From: Aplysia californica
Taxonomy: Eukaryota
Reading direction: 5' to 3'
Length of the DNA: 35,603 nt
Assembly (NCBI RefSeq): GCF_000002075.1
Contig: NW_004797279.1
Coordinates: 1,840,642 to 1,876,244 of the forward strand
A model generated the notes under the pieces. It was not told where the DNA came from. It searched no databases and was given only the letters and a program-made list of their open reading frames with translations. Positions 34,898 to 35,603 of the stretch are shown piece after piece. Positions within the stretch are counted from its first letter, which is position 1, and each line of letters starts with the position of its first letter. Position numbers and translations under genes: made by a program.

Positions 34898-35309
34898 NNN
34901 NNNNNNNNNNNNNNNNNNNNNNNNNNNNNNNNNNNNNNNNNNNNNNNNNNNNNNNNNNNNNNNNNNNNNNNNNNNNNNNNNNNNNNNNNNNNNNNNNNNN
35001 NNNNNNNNNNNNNNNNNNNNNNNNNNNNNNNNNNNNNNNNNNNNNNNNNNNNNNNNNNNNNNNNNNNNNNNNNNNNNNNNNNNNNNNNNNNNNNNNNNNN
35101 NNNNNNNNNACTTACACACATATACACGTGTGGTAAAAAAAAAAGCTAATTACACAGCTTTTCATAACAATTATTGATCTCAGTTTTGTAGCATCAAAAT
35201 GCTGCTCTGCTTCAAGCTCTGTTGGAGATCTAAAATAGGATCATCCTCATTATAGTAAAAAGATGTACCGGTATCATTGTAACGAAATTGAAACAATAAT
35301 TCGACTGTC

Positions 35310-35530
35310 AATGTCTGACGATGGCCAATGTATCCGAATGTATCCGCAAAAAAAAAGAATAGAGCAAATAAGGATGAAGATGGACCGTGGATTCTGCTTC
35401 GGCCAGTAAGACCAGTTTTGGCAGATAAGACTCTACTACATCTTGAGCATTTAAAAGCTTCATATCTGCTTGCTGATGCTAGCCGTTTGCGGGCTGCTTT
35501 CTTGGTTTCAGCATTTCTAATGTGAGAAAC
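35310..35530 (-). mobile_element. RTE-like LINE 3' fragment
   Basis: KKAARKR...FKCSRCSRVLSAKTGLTGRSRIH, a degenerate C2H2 terminus. Confidence 0.65.
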
Positions 35531-35603
35531 CGCATACGATTTTCTGCTGTATTTAAAAGGCAAGTTAATTCTGTCCCCCCCCCCCCCCCCAAGAAAAAAA
35601 GAA

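Noticed and set aside
33716-35603. Exon 5 of SLC23-B
   Set aside because: No LSGSL-like 77-nt exon found in the called bases; it may lie in the gap 34898-35109 or past the window end, so its absence is not evidence of truncation.

Overview
Eukaryotic (animal) draft-assembly window with many N gaps, microsatellites and decayed transposons; a mollusc-like invertebrate origin is my inference only. The ORF track is mostly noise because the real genes are spliced. I reconstructed three membrane-transporter genes by hand from GT-AG boundaries and codon phase. (1) SLC23/NAT (nucleobase-ascorbate transporter, NCS2) paralogue A on the minus strand: ATG at 13498, ten visible coding exons down to 1258, continuing past the window start. 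Its 9th exon is broken at 3091 by a repeat that also occurs at 110-631, and the exon carrying the NAT signature is not visible. (2) An intact, nearly intronless SLC22-family MFS transporter on the plus strand (19188-19359 + 20209-21644, 535 aa). (3) SLC23 paralogue B on the plus strand: ATG at 25755, four exons to 33715, continuing beyond. A and B are a divergent (head-to-head) inverted pair with identical intron phases. Their exon identity is patchy (exon 2 ~96% plus 25 identical intronic nt, versus ~67-73% for exons 3-4), which points to recent gene conversion. A candidate bidirectional promoter at ~15771-16241 has outward-facing splice donors. No CRISPR array, rRNA or functional tRNA was found.
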